The notes beneath the pieces are model-generated. The model was not told where the DNA came from and did no database searches. It saw nothing but the letters and a program-made list of their open reading frames with translations. Shown here piece after piece: positions 19,104 through 29,092 of a stretch of DNA of 47,459 nucleotides. The stretch is taken from the NCBI GenBank assembly GCA_017609105.1, contig JAFCEQ010000003.1, positions 1-47,459 on the forward strand. The letters are read 5' to 3'. Made by a program: the position numbers and the translations under genes. The DNA is from Candidatus Parvarchaeota archaeon. GTDB taxonomy: Archaea > Nanobdellota > Nanobdellia > JAFCGN01. Each line of letters starts with the position of its first letter. The first letter of the stretch is position 1.

Positions 19104-22100
19104 AAAATATTTTTTATAAAAACAAAATCAAAAAAATAAACAAGAAATCGCAATTTTTTATTATCTCCGCGGTTTTTATAGCATTAGCTCTCACAACTAT
19201 AATAACCTATCTTTCCATGCCAAATGAACTTAGTTTTCAATCTTTTAACAGCGAACAAAGTTTAATGAGTAGAACACAAGCACTTGGGGATTCCATAATC
19301 AGTGTAATGGACAACATATATGATTCTTGGTGGGATCCTCTTTTAACTCAAAGAATAAAAATTGTTTTAAAAGAAGAGAATAACATAGAATTCAATTCTT
19401 TTACTCAAAGAATAATAACTAATTTTCCAGAAGATACTGATGAAGAATCAATAAGAGTTATTGAGGATAATAAAGAAATCCCTTTTAGTTTGATTTGGTT
19501 AGATTTAAGGAATAAAATTGCTGAAATAAGTTTTCAAACAAGCATAAGCAGAGGAGGGAAAAAAGAAATTTTTGTTTATTTTAGTAAGAAAACAGATTCA
19601 AAACATATTGAAAGCCCTTCTTATGATTCTAAAATAAATGTGATTGAAAACAGCACAGACATAATTATTAATACAAACCATTATGAAGCAAAACTTAATA
19701 AAACAAGAGGAGGAATGCTTTATTATCTTTCTCCAAAAAATTATGATAATAATCTCATAATAAATAATGAAGATTACGGGGTTCAAAGCATTTTTGAATG
19801 TAACAACACTGAATACAAGCAATCAAGTGAATCCAATCCTACAATAAACATATTTAATAACGGGCCTGTTATGGTAAACATACGGGTGAGCGGGGAACAC
19901 GGAATTGCTCCTGGAAGAGAATTTTATACTCAGGATTATTATTTTTATCCAGATACAATAAGGATTAAAACAAATGTGCGTTGGGCAGAAAACATTAATT
20001 GCGAAGCGAGTGAAGATAATTTTATTTTTGATAGAATAAGTTTTAATGGAAGCACTTTGCTTGGAGGACAATTGTATTACAAGGATAATAACACAAACTT
20101 ATTTGAGAATTATGATTATGTTGAAGACAGGCCTGGAGATTGGATTGATTATTATCATGAAAAACAAGGAGTAGGCATTATTTTAATGAATAAAACAGGT
20201 TATTTTTCTTTTTACAGGAACTCCACGAGTTCTGTGAAATTCTCTGACTTAATAGGAATGAATAACACTAAATTCTCTCCTTCAAGCATAGAATATGAAT
20301 ATGTTTTATACCCTCATAGAGGACAATGGGAGAAAACAAGGGATTACAACATTCTTTATAATAAATCACAGATAATAGAAAACGAGAGTTTCGTTGATTT
20401 CTTTAAGAGTAAGGAGAACATGATTAAAAACTCTTTCAGTCAAAAAGGTTTTTCCACATACTTAAGCACGAGCATAAGCGAGGTTGAACAAAGCTTTAAT
20501 CATGATATTACTTGGTATAAAGGGGATTTCACGCCAAACAGTAGGAAGGTCTTCAAAGTTTATTCAAAGCATCAAGTGCAAAATTTTCCAATAAAAATAA
20601 GCAGTAATCTTCCTAAAGGTTTTGATGCTAACAGCTTGCTTTTAAGTGATAAAAGCGGAAAAAAAATAACAACACAAATAATAACAGATGGTATTATTGC
20701 AAATTATTCTGAATTCAATGTTTACTGTCAAAACCCTGATAGCATAGATTACAATAATTACACTTATTACTTATTTAATCATGATGGAAGAAATTTCACT
20801 ATTGGAATTGATTTAGAAGAGACCTCTGACTTTAATGTATCAATATACTACCCAAATAAAAGCACAATAATAAATAAAGACAATATTAATACTGACAAGA
20901 TTTATGAAATTCAAAGCCAAAATTATAAAGGATTTTATAAAGTAGTGATAAGCAAAAAAAATGATAATAAATATTTTAGAATAAACTCTTCTCTTCCTTA
21001 TTTAATCCTTTATAATAATAGGATAAGATGCAAATCAGGGGATAGCGTAAAAAAAATATTCTTTCATGTTCCTGAAAACATAAAAAACATAAAAATTAAT
21101 GTGAGTGCTTATGATAGCGGAGCAAGAATTAAAATAAAAGATTTAGATGGAAATATTCTTGCTGAAAATAATACTATTTACGCTAATACAAAATATTCTT
21201 TTGAAATTCCAATAAAAGAATATGCTTACGGAAAAACATATTATTTAGAATTTGAAACAAGCGGAAGCGTTGAAATAATATTTGATGATTCAATGCATTC
21301 TTCAAAAAGCACGAATAAGGATTATTATATTGATTATGACAAGCCAAAAATAAATTTACTCTTCTTTGATTCCTTAATTGGAAGCAAGAAATACGGGATT
21401 TATTATAATGTGAATACTTCAGAGGAAGAGCATGAAATCATGGAACCAATAAGTTTTGAAAGTGATTTAGTTGTTAATGAAACAAAGAAGATAGTTAATA
21501 ATAGTTATTTTTCATGGGATTTGAAAAATAATGTTTTCACTTATAGGAATAGCACTAATTTTTTTCAAACAACGGATAAATGGCTTACAGATTTTGGGAA
21601 TTCATCATGGATTGAGAGCGCGGCATCAACAAGTTTAAACAATATTGAATTCATTGAAAAAGGACCTGTAAGAGTAAGAATAAAAGCAACTTCAAGCACA
21701 ACGCCAAAAGTAATTTATTATTTTGATATTTATGCTCATCAAAAATTCATAAAAACAACTATTATTCCAGAAACTCTTTCTGAAAATGATTTAACAATAG
21801 GGCCTTTCTGGAATTTAAATAATACTGAAACAAGGATTTACACTAATTATGATAATGGAGTAGAAACTTTTTCTTCAGAAAATCTTACTGATAAGAGTTT
21901 TCTTGCAGGAAAAACATTTAATTGGTTTGGGAAAAGAAGCAATAATATTTTAGCATCAATAATTGCTCAAAGCTCAAGCATTTATCCAAGCAATAAAAGT
22001 TTTTACGCAAACAATAATTTATTAACAATTGCTCTTCCTGCAAACCAAAATAATACTATTTATTTTTTCATAGATGATTATAGTAATACAACTCAATGGG

Positions 22101-22219
22101 ATAATGTAAAGTATTTAAGAAATGTTTTAATAAGCCCTCCAAAAACAAGCACTTTCTTATTTAAAACAATGATAAATGGGGATAGTAAGAACATTAAATT
22201 CAAATCAGAGTATTATTAA
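19100..22219 (+). CDS. Large pilin-like/adhesin protein with class III signal
   Basis: KKS|QFFIISAVFIALAL. Beta-rich, many NxS/T sequons, internal duplication. ATGA coupling to the previous gene. Confidence 0.75.
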   Translation: MKNIFYKNKIKKINKKSQFFIISAVFIALALTTIITYLSMPNELSFQSFNSEQSLMSRTQALGDSIISVMDNIYDSWWDPLLTQRIKIVLKEENNIEFNSFTQRIITNFPEDTDEESIRVIEDNKEIPFSLIWLDLRNKIAEISFQTSISRGGKKEIFVYFSKKTDSKHIESPSYDSKINVIENSTDIIINTNHYEAKLNKTRGGMLYYLSPKNYDNNLIINNEDYGVQSIFECNNTEYKQSSESNPTINIFNNGPVMVNIRVSGEHGIAPGREFYTQDYYFYPDTIRIKTNVRWAENINCEASEDNFIFDRISFNGSTLLGGQLYYKDNNTNLFENYDYVEDRPGDWIDYYHEKQGVGIILMNKTGYFSFYRNSTSSVKFSDLIGMNNTKFSPSSIEYEYVLYPHRGQWEKTRDYNILYNKSQIIENESFVDFFKSKENMIKNSFSQKGFSTYLSTSISEVEQSFNHDITWYKGDFTPNSRKVFKVYSKHQVQNFPIKISSNLPKGFDANSLLLSDKSGKKITTQIITDGIIANYSEFNVYCQNPDSIDYNNYTYYLFNHDGRNFTIGIDLEETSDFNVSIYYPNKSTIINKDNINTDKIYEIQSQNYKGFYKVVISKKNDNKYFRINSSLPYLILYNNRIRCKSGDSVKKIFFHVPENIKNIKINVSAYDSGARIKIKDLDGNILAENNTIYANTKYSFEIPIKEYAYGKTYYLEFETSGSVEIIFDDSMHSSKSTNKDYYIDYDKPKINLLFFDSLIGSKKYGIYYNVNTSEEEHEIMEPISFESDLVVNETKKIVNNSYFSWDLKNNVFTYRNSTNFFQTTDKWLTDFGNSSWIESAASTSLNNIEFIEKGPVRVRIKATSSTTPKVIYYFDIYAHQKFIKTTIIPETLSENDLTIGPFWNLNNTETRIYTNYDNGVETFSSENLTDKSFLAGKTFNWFGKRSNNILASIIAQSSSIYPSNKSFYANNNLLTIALPANQNNTIYFFIDDYSNTTQWDNVKYLRNVLISPPKTSTFLFKTMINGDSKNIKFKSEYY

Positions 22220-22381
22220 ATTAAGTTAATACTTTCATGAATTAATTAAAAAGTTAATTATTTAAATTAATCATTATTTTTTTTATTTTATGCAAAATAA
22301 TTTATTATTATTGCTCCTTTAATTATACCTACTAAATAGTGGGTTTCAACAAATTAATCAATTAAATGAGAGTGTAAAAAA

Positions 22382-25033
22382 ATGGATTTCCATGCGATTG
22401 AAAAAAAATGGCAGAAAAAATGGGAGGAAAACAAGGTTTTTGAAGTTAAAGAAAACCAAAAAAAGAAAAAAATTTATGTTCTTGAAATGTTTCCTTACCC
22501 TTCAGGTTCTGGCTTGCACATGGGTCATGCTTTTAATTATACAATAGGAGATATTTATGCTAGGTTTAAAAGAATGCAAGGATTCAATGTTTTATACCCT
22601 ATGGGGTATGATAGTTTTGGCTTGCCTGCAGAAAACGCAGCAATAAAAGCAGGAATTCATCCTAAAAAATATACTAATACTTCAATTAATAATTTTATTA
22701 AACAACAAAAATCTCTTGGTTTAAGTTATGATTGGAGTAGAATGATTTCAACATGCACGCCTGAATATTATAAATGGAATCAATTTTTCTTTCTTAAATT
22801 CATGGAAAAAGGATTAGTTTACAGGAAAAAAGCAAGCGTTAATTGGTGTCCGAAATGCAAAACGGTTTTAGCAAACGAGCAAGTGCATAATGGGAAGTGT
22901 TGGAGGCATAAAAGCACGGAAGTTGAGCAAAAAGAATTAGAACAATGGTTTATTAAAACAACAGAATATGCAGAAGAATTGCTTAAGGACTTGGATAAAA
23001 TTGATTGGCCTGAAAGAATTAAAATAATGCAAAGAAATTGGATTGGAAGAAGTGAAGGAGTTATCCTGAATTTTGATGTAGTGAATGAAGAAGGAGATAA
23101 AATAGATAATATAAGCACTTTCACTACGAGAGCTGATACTGTTTATGGAATAACTTATCTTGTTCTTGCTGTTGAACACCCAAAAGTCATGGAATGGGTT
23201 AAAGGAACAAAATATGAGAAAGAAGTGAAAGAATTCATTAAAAAAGTAAAGAAAAAGAGTATAATAGAAAGAACTGCAGAAGGTAAAGAGAAGAACGGGG
23301 TTTTTCTTGGAAAATACTTTATTAATCCTTTCACTGGGGATAAGTGTCCTTTATGGGTTGCTGATTATGTTCTTTACGAATACGGTACTGGTGCTGTAAT
23401 GGCAGTTCCAACGCATGATGAAAGAGATTTTCAATTCGCAAAAAAATACAATCTTCCAATGAAAGTAGTAATAACACCAAAAAATAAGAAATTAAAAGTT
23501 GAAGAAATGAAAAACGCTTATGTTGAAAATGGTGTTATGATTAATTCAGGAAAATTTAATGGTTTATCAAATGTTGTAGCAAAAAATAAAATAATTGAGT
23601 TAGCTGAAAAAAAAGGTTGGGGTAAGAAAACAATAGTGTATAAATTAAAGGATTGGCTTATTTCAAGGCAAAGGTATTGGGGCACTCCAATCCCTATTAT
23701 TAAATGTCCTAAATGCGATGCGGTTCCAGTGCCTTACAAGGACTTGCCTGTCATACTCCCTCATAATGTTAAATTTGGAGAAGGAAATCCTCTTTTAACA
23801 AACAAGAAATTTGTTGAAACAACTTGCCCTAAGTGCGGTGGAAAAGCAAAACGAGAAACTGATACAATGGACACTTTCTTTGATAGTAGTTGGTATTATT
23901 TAAGATATGCTGATAATAAGAATGATAAAGAACCATTTAATAAGAAGAAAGTAAAATATTGGCTTCCTGTAGACCAATACATTGGTGGAGCAGAGCATGC
24001 TTGCATGCACTTAATTTATGCAAGGTTTTTCACAAAAGTATTAAGAGATTTAGGTTTTCTTGATTTTGATGAACCTTTTAAGAAGTTATTTAATCAAGGA
24101 ATGCTTCACGGAGATGATGGAGCAGTAATGTCTAAATCAAGAGGAAATGTTGTGCTTCCTGAAACAATTTCCAAAAAATATGGTATTGATACTGCAAGAT
24201 TCTTTCTTATTTCCTTAGCATCTCCTGATAAGGATTTAAGATGGAGTGATGAAGGAATAGAAGGAAGTTATAGGTTTATTAAAAAAATAATAAATTATTT
24301 CAAAAAAGTAAAGATTGGTAAATCAAATAAGAAAACAGAAAGTAAATTAAATAAAACAATCAAGCTCGTCACAGAATACATTGAAGGATTTAAGTATAAT
24401 TTAGCAAGCATACAATTAAGAGAGTTTTTTGAATCTCTTGGAGAAGAAGAAAGCAAGAGCACGCTTGAAAAATTCTTAAAATTATTGCATCCTTTCTGCC
24501 CTCACATTACAGAAGAATTATGGGAGAAATTAGGGAATGAATCATTTATTTCTCTTCACTCCTGGCCAGAATATGATGAAAGCAAGATTGATGAGAAAGC
24601 AGAAGCAAGCGAAGAATTTGTTGAAAAAGTAAGAAAAGACATTCACTCTGTTAAAAACTTGATTAAATTAGAAAAAATAGAAGAAATAAAAATAATTATA
24701 GCACCAAAATGGAAGTATGATTTCTTTAATAAAGTTAAGAAAATCTTAGAAAAAACAAGAAGTCCTAAAGAAGTAATAAAAGAATTAATGAAAACAAATT
24801 TGAGAAATCATGGCAAAGAAATTTCAAAAATTGTTCCAATAATAATAAAGGATAATAGTAAGATACCAAAAACAGTTTTAAATCAAAAAACAGAATTAAA
24901 CGCATTAATAGAGAACAAGAAATTAATTGAGAAAGAATTTAATGCTAAAATAATAATTGAGAAAGCAGAAGAGAGCAAAGAAAACAAGGCAAGACAAGCA
25001 AATCCTAACAAGCCCTCAATAATTTTAAGATAA
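22382..25033 (+). CDS. leuS: Leucine--tRNA ligase
   Basis: MFPYPSGSGLHMGH, TTRADT, YGTGAVMAVPTHD, ISRQRYWG, VMSKS. Confidence 0.97.
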   Translation: MDFHAIEKKWQKKWEENKVFEVKENQKKKKIYVLEMFPYPSGSGLHMGHAFNYTIGDIYARFKRMQGFNVLYPMGYDSFGLPAENAAIKAGIHPKKYTNTSINNFIKQQKSLGLSYDWSRMISTCTPEYYKWNQFFFLKFMEKGLVYRKKASVNWCPKCKTVLANEQVHNGKCWRHKSTEVEQKELEQWFIKTTEYAEELLKDLDKIDWPERIKIMQRNWIGRSEGVILNFDVVNEEGDKIDNISTFTTRADTVYGITYLVLAVEHPKVMEWVKGTKYEKEVKEFIKKVKKKSIIERTAEGKEKNGVFLGKYFINPFTGDKCPLWVADYVLYEYGTGAVMAVPTHDERDFQFAKKYNLPMKVVITPKNKKLKVEEMKNAYVENGVMINSGKFNGLSNVVAKNKIIELAEKKGWGKKTIVYKLKDWLISRQRYWGTPIPIIKCPKCDAVPVPYKDLPVILPHNVKFGEGNPLLTNKKFVETTCPKCGGKAKRETDTMDTFFDSSWYYLRYADNKNDKEPFNKKKVKYWLPVDQYIGGAEHACMHLIYARFFTKVLRDLGFLDFDEPFKKLFNQGMLHGDDGAVMSKSRGNVVLPETISKKYGIDTARFFLISLASPDKDLRWSDEGIEGSYRFIKKIINYFKKVKIGKSNKKTESKLNKTIKLVTEYIEGFKYNLASIQLREFFESLGEEESKSTLEKFLKLLHPFCPHITEELWEKLGNESFISLHSWPEYDESKIDEKAEASEEFVEKVRKDIHSVKNLIKLEKIEEIKIIIAPKWKYDFFNKVKKILEKTRSPKEVIKELMKTNLRNHGKEISKIVPIIIKDNSKIPKTVLNQKTELNALIENKKLIEKEFNAKIIIEKAEESKENKARQANPNKPSIILR

Positions 25034-25073
25034 ATAGAAAAATTAAGATAAATGAAACATTATTAAAAATAAT

Positions 25074-25952
25074 TTAATCTTCAACTTCTTTTTCAAGATT
25101 TATTCTCACAGCATTTTTTTTAATACCATACACTCTTGTAAGAATGCTATTAAAATTTCTTAAATTAGTAGGAAGAAGAATTACTGAATAAACAAGACAA
25201 ACAAATAAGATAGGAGGATAAAAAATAATTGCTAAGCCAAGCAATTGTTTTAAGACAACAATAATGCTTTGTTCAAGAAACATTTTTGTAATAATATTTA
25301 TTGAAACAATAAGTTTCAAAAAATTGTTTATAATCCTATTATACCATCTACCAAGGCGTTGAATATACTGATTTCTTTCATCAACAAATCTTAACCCGCT
25401 TTTATCAAGCACGATTGAAGCAGTGAATAAAACAAAAATTATAGGAAATAATACCGGTCCCATTAAACTGCCAGGTGTTAAACTAAAAATGGAATTGCTT
25501 GTGAGCTTGCTTTGTTGAACATAAATACTAATCATTAAAAGCATTGGATAAACGCTTAAATAAAAAAAATCTACTATCCTCATTTTTGAAGAAGCGCTGA
25601 ACCTATAATAATTGTTTGAAGGTCTTAAAAAAATAAAATTTTCTTCTTTAACAGGCGTTGGTATTCCTCCCCTGTGAATAACTAAAGCAGCTATTGCTAT
25701 CTTATAACTTATGTAATAACTAAGATATAAAGGCATGAAAACAAGTAAGAATATTTGAAAAGAAATCACATTAAAAGAAGAAGCAATGAATAAAAAAAGC
25801 GCGAGAAAATTGATTTTAGTTCTTATACTTAAATTAGAAAAAAGTTTTTTCACTGATTCCTTTAATTGTTTAAGGAAATTTTTCAAATTTTTTTTTGTCA
25901 CTTCAATCACTTTATGGTATAAGGAGGATTCTCTTTTAGAATACTTAAGCAT
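25074..25952 (-). CDS. Multi-pass membrane protein, unknown function
   Basis: About 5-6 hydrophobic segments. The 5' end overlaps the AMP phosphorylase gene, so the start is uncertain. Confidence 0.65.
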   Translation of the reverse strand: MLKYSKRESSLYHKVIEVTKKNLKNFLKQLKESVKKLFSNLSIRTKINFLALFLFIASSFNVISFQIFLLVFMPLYLSYYISYKIAIAALVIHRGGIPTPVKEENFIFLRPSNNYYRFSASSKMRIVDFFYLSVYPMLLMISIYVQQSKLTSNSIFSLTPGSLMGPVLFPIIFVLFTASIVLDKSGLRFVDERNQYIQRLGRWYNRIINNFLKLIVSINIITKMFLEQSIIVVLKQLLGLAIIFYPPILFVCLVYSVILLPTNLRNFNSILTRVYGIKKNAVRINLEKEVED

Positions 25953-27409
25953 TTTTTAAGTTTTTCATTGCTTTTATAATAAATAGTCATTAAAGTTTCT
26001 CCTTTCTTCACTTCATCTCCTTTTATTTTATGCAAATAAACGCCTGCATCCATAACAGAAGGAGCACCTGCAGCAAGAGCAATTCTTGCTATGCTTTTAT
26101 TACTTATTTTTTTAATAACACCACTTTTCTCAGATTTAATATTATAGGAAAGAGTTCTAGGTTCTAAATCCTCTATTTTAATGTTTGGATTTCCTTTTTG
26201 AGCCTTAATTATTTCTTTCATTTTCTGCCATGCCCTCCCACTCTTAAGCAATTCCTCAGCAATTTTCTCTCCTTGTCCTCTTTTAACTTTATCACTGAAT
26301 TCAATAATGATTCCTGCAAGCTCTAAACATTTTTTCTCTAAATCCAAAGGTCTTTTCTCATGTTGTTGTAAAACCATTAAAACATCTCTTGCTTCTAATA
26401 AAGGACCAATACCTCTTCCAATCGGAAAATTCCCATCAGTTATGATGTACTCTACTTTCATATTTAATTTCTCACCAACTCTTTCAAAAAGAGTTCCTAA
26501 AAGCTCTGCTTCATCAAATGTCTTAACTTTTGCCTCTTCACCAATAGGTATGTCAATTAAAACATGCGTGCTGCCCACTGCTTTTTTCTTTGCCATAATG
26601 GATGCAAGCATTAAACCCACTGGATCTAAATGAAGCGGGTGCCTTACTTTTATAAGTTTATCATCTGCAGCAGCGAGGTTCACTGTTCCACCAAAAGCAA
26701 TGCAAGCACCAATTCTTCTTACTATCTTCTCAAGTTCTTTTGCAGAGAATTCTACTTCTGTAAGCACTTCCATTGTGTCAGCAGTGCCTGCAGGACTTGT
26801 TATTGAACGCGAACTTGTCTTCGGCATTGTTAATCCAAAAGCTGCGATAATAGGAACTACTACCATCGTAGTTCTATTTCCTGCAACACCTCCAAGACAA
26901 TGCTTATCTACAATAAGCTTCTTTTTTAAATGAAGCGTGTCACCAGTGTTCACTACTGCTCTTGTTAAATTCACTGTTTCCTCAAAAGTAAGTCCTTCAG
27001 TATAAGTTGCTGTAACAAAAGCACTCATTTCTACATCGCTTAATTTATTATGCACGATATCATTAATAATTTCATAAATTTCATCATAAGTTAAGGTCTT
27101 GCCATTTATTTTCTTTTTAATAAATTCTAAACTCTTTGGAGATGGAACTTGTTTTATTTCTAATTTCACATTATTTTTTTTTATGCCTAACTCCATGCTC
27201 ACTTCTTCAAAAAGCCCTATTTCATCTGGAAGAATGTCCACACTGCTTAAATCAACAATAGCATTAACATGCTTTCTTCCTTTGCTTATTCTAATCCTGT
27301 CCCCAGCGCTTATACCTAATTCTATTGCTTTTAATTCATTAAGAACAGCAACCATAATATTTCCTGTTTCAACTTTTATTAACTTTGATTTGAGAAAAGT
27401 TCTTGTCAT
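25907..27409 (-). CDS. AMP phosphorylase (thymidine phosphorylase family)
   Basis: N-terminal beta-barrel, DKHCLGGVAGNRTT, PKTSSRSITSPAGTADTMEV, GIGP.LEARD. Confidence 0.92.
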   Translation of the reverse strand: MTRTFLKSKLIKVETGNIMVAVLNELKAIELGISAGDRIRISKGRKHVNAIVDLSSVDILPDEIGLFEEVSMELGIKKNNVKLEIKQVPSPKSLEFIKKKINGKTLTYDEIYEIINDIVHNKLSDVEMSAFVTATYTEGLTFEETVNLTRAVVNTGDTLHLKKKLIVDKHCLGGVAGNRTTMVVVPIIAAFGLTMPKTSSRSITSPAGTADTMEVLTEVEFSAKELEKIVRRIGACIAFGGTVNLAAADDKLIKVRHPLHLDPVGLMLASIMAKKKAVGSTHVLIDIPIGEEAKVKTFDEAELLGTLFERVGEKLNMKVEYIITDGNFPIGRGIGPLLEARDVLMVLQQHEKRPLDLEKKCLELAGIIIEFSDKVKRGQGEKIAEELLKSGRAWQKMKEIIKAQKGNPNIKIEDLEPRTLSYNIKSEKSGVIKKISNKSIARIALAAGAPSVMDAGVYLHKIKGDEVKKGETLMTIYYKSNEKLKKCLSILKENPPYTIK

Positions 27410-27526
27410 ACTATTCTTTTACAAAAAATAAGTTAATAAGATTTTTCAAATATTAAAAAACAGAAATTAAATTATAATCTTTAATTAACCATTAAGAATT
27501 TAAAAAGAAAAAATCAGGAATAAAGT

Positions 27527-28192
27527 ATGAGAAATAAAATAATTCCTCATGGGAAAGCAGAAAAATTTGAATTAAAAAAAGGAGATAAAATAAAAATCCT
27601 CATTCCTTTTGGAGGCCAAGTTTCTGACATAGTCTTTGAAGGATTTAATCAAAGCATTACAAGAGAAAAACTTACTTATTCAAGACACGTAAGTGGAACA
27701 ACAACGCCTATGGCAAAAACATTAGAACAAGGTGAATGCTTATATAATTGCGAAGGCAAGCCAATTCTTCTTCTTAAAGAAAATAATGTTTCAGAATTAA
27801 GCATTAATGATTATTTTAAAATTCTTCCTGACCATATTGATAAAAACAGGTTATTTCTTCAAGAACCCCTGATTAAGCCAACTCATGACTTGCTTTGGCC
27901 TGGATGTTCTTCTGAAATATACAAAAATGAAAAAAAAGGTTGCAGGGAATTACTTTCAGAAGTTCTTGACCTTGAATTAAAAAACCTTCCATCTGTTTGT
28001 TCATTATTCATGACACTTGGTTCAAAAAACAATATTATTCCAAGTCCTGTTCAAAAAAATGATAATGTTGTTTTTGAAGCATTAGAAGATGTGCTCTTAG
28101 GAGTAACTTCTTGCCCTGATGATTGGTTTTGCAATTTAAATCCTTCAGAAGTAAATATAATCTATTATAAGAATGGGTCCGCTGGGATTTGA
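27527..28192 (+). CDS. DUF1989 (urea carboxylase-associated) family protein
   Basis: GGQVSD, HDLLWPGC, GC, V+FEALEDVLLGVTSCP motifs. Confidence 0.75.
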   Translation: MRNKIIPHGKAEKFELKKGDKIKILIPFGGQVSDIVFEGFNQSITREKLTYSRHVSGTTTPMAKTLEQGECLYNCEGKPILLLKENNVSELSINDYFKILPDHIDKNRLFLQEPLIKPTHDLLWPGCSSEIYKNEKKGCRELLSEVLDLELKNLPSVCSLFMTLGSKNNIIPSPVQKNDNVVFEALEDVLLGVTSCPDDWFCNLNPSEVNIIYYKNGSAGI

Positions 28193-28279
28193 ACCCAGGG
28201 CCTCCGGCTCACTTAGTTGAGCCTTGTTCGGAACTCGGACATATAAGACCGGCGCTCCACCAGACTAAGCTACGGACCC
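28174..28279 (-). tRNA. tRNA-Ile(UAU) with 32-nt intron at 37/38 (intron 28210-28241)
   Basis: Acceptor GGGTCCG/CGGACCC, loop CT-TAT-A|intron|A, T-loop TTCAAAT. BHB central helix CTTA/TAAG. Confidence 0.9.
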
Positions 28280-28322
28280 AAAAAACATGTTAATAAAATA
28301 AATAATTAATTTTTAAATCTAA

Positions 28323-28736
28323 CTACTCTCCTCTTATGTGCATTACTGCTGCAGCAATTCCAATCATCACGCCTAAAATAATTAAGGGGTCTAAAAAATT
28401 TTTCCAAGTGAAAAAACTATTCTGTTCTGCATAACTTAAACCAATCACTGATAAAAAAAGAGGGCTTGTTAAAACAAAATACACTGTGATGCCAACAACA
28501 GCAGTTATGAGTGTTGTTGGAATGCTTGAACCAAACATGTAATTCACAACAACAGCAAAAATTCCTGCTAGAATTATTGGTCTTATAATATCAAGTAAAA
28601 GCATTAAAAAATGTTCATTCGCAGTGGTCACACCAATCATTTGAAAAAATTCTGGACTAGTGAATCTTTGATAAAAAACAAGCAAGAACATTAAAATTAA
28701 AAAACCAGTGATTATTTTTCCAGGTTCAAATTCCAT
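28323..28736 (-). CDS. 4-TM membrane protein with internal duplication
   Basis: FTSPEFFQMIG and LTSPLFLSVIG mark two similar halves. Confidence 0.7.
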   Translation of the reverse strand: MEFEPGKIITGFLILMFLLVFYQRFTSPEFFQMIGVTTANEHFLMLLLDIIRPIILAGIFAVVVNYMFGSSIPTTLITAVVGITVYFVLTSPLFLSVIGLSYAEQNSFFTWKNFLDPLIILGVMIGIAAAVMHIRGE

Positions 28737-28894
28737 GAAATAAATAAAATCAAAACTATATTATTAATTTAACTAAAATTAATTATAATTAAAAAATAAA
28801 ATTAAAAAAATAAATTATGAATAATTTACAAAAAATAATTGGGTATTGCAATCCTAATTATTTTTTTTTGATTTGAAGAAATTTCAAAGTTATG

Positions 28895-29021
28895 TGCTCC
28901 CGCCGGGATTTGAACCCGGGTCGCCGGCTTTCTTTCATTGTTAAACCTTCAAGTGTGTCTGAACGCCATGAAGGTTCTGATGTCGAAAGGCCGGAATCCT
29001 TGGCCGCTAGACTACGGGAGC
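28895..29021 (-). tRNA. tRNA-Glu(UUC) with 54-nt intron at 37/38 (intron 28930-28983)
   Basis: Acceptor GCTCCCG/CGGGAGC, stem CCGGC/GCCGG, CT-TTC-G|intron|A. BHB helix CTTT/AAAG. Confidence 0.92.
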
Positions 29022-29092
29022 ATTCTTTAAAACAATTAATAATTTGCTTTTAAAAGTTTTGCTAAAAATTATTTTAATAAAAAAAAAGGTGT

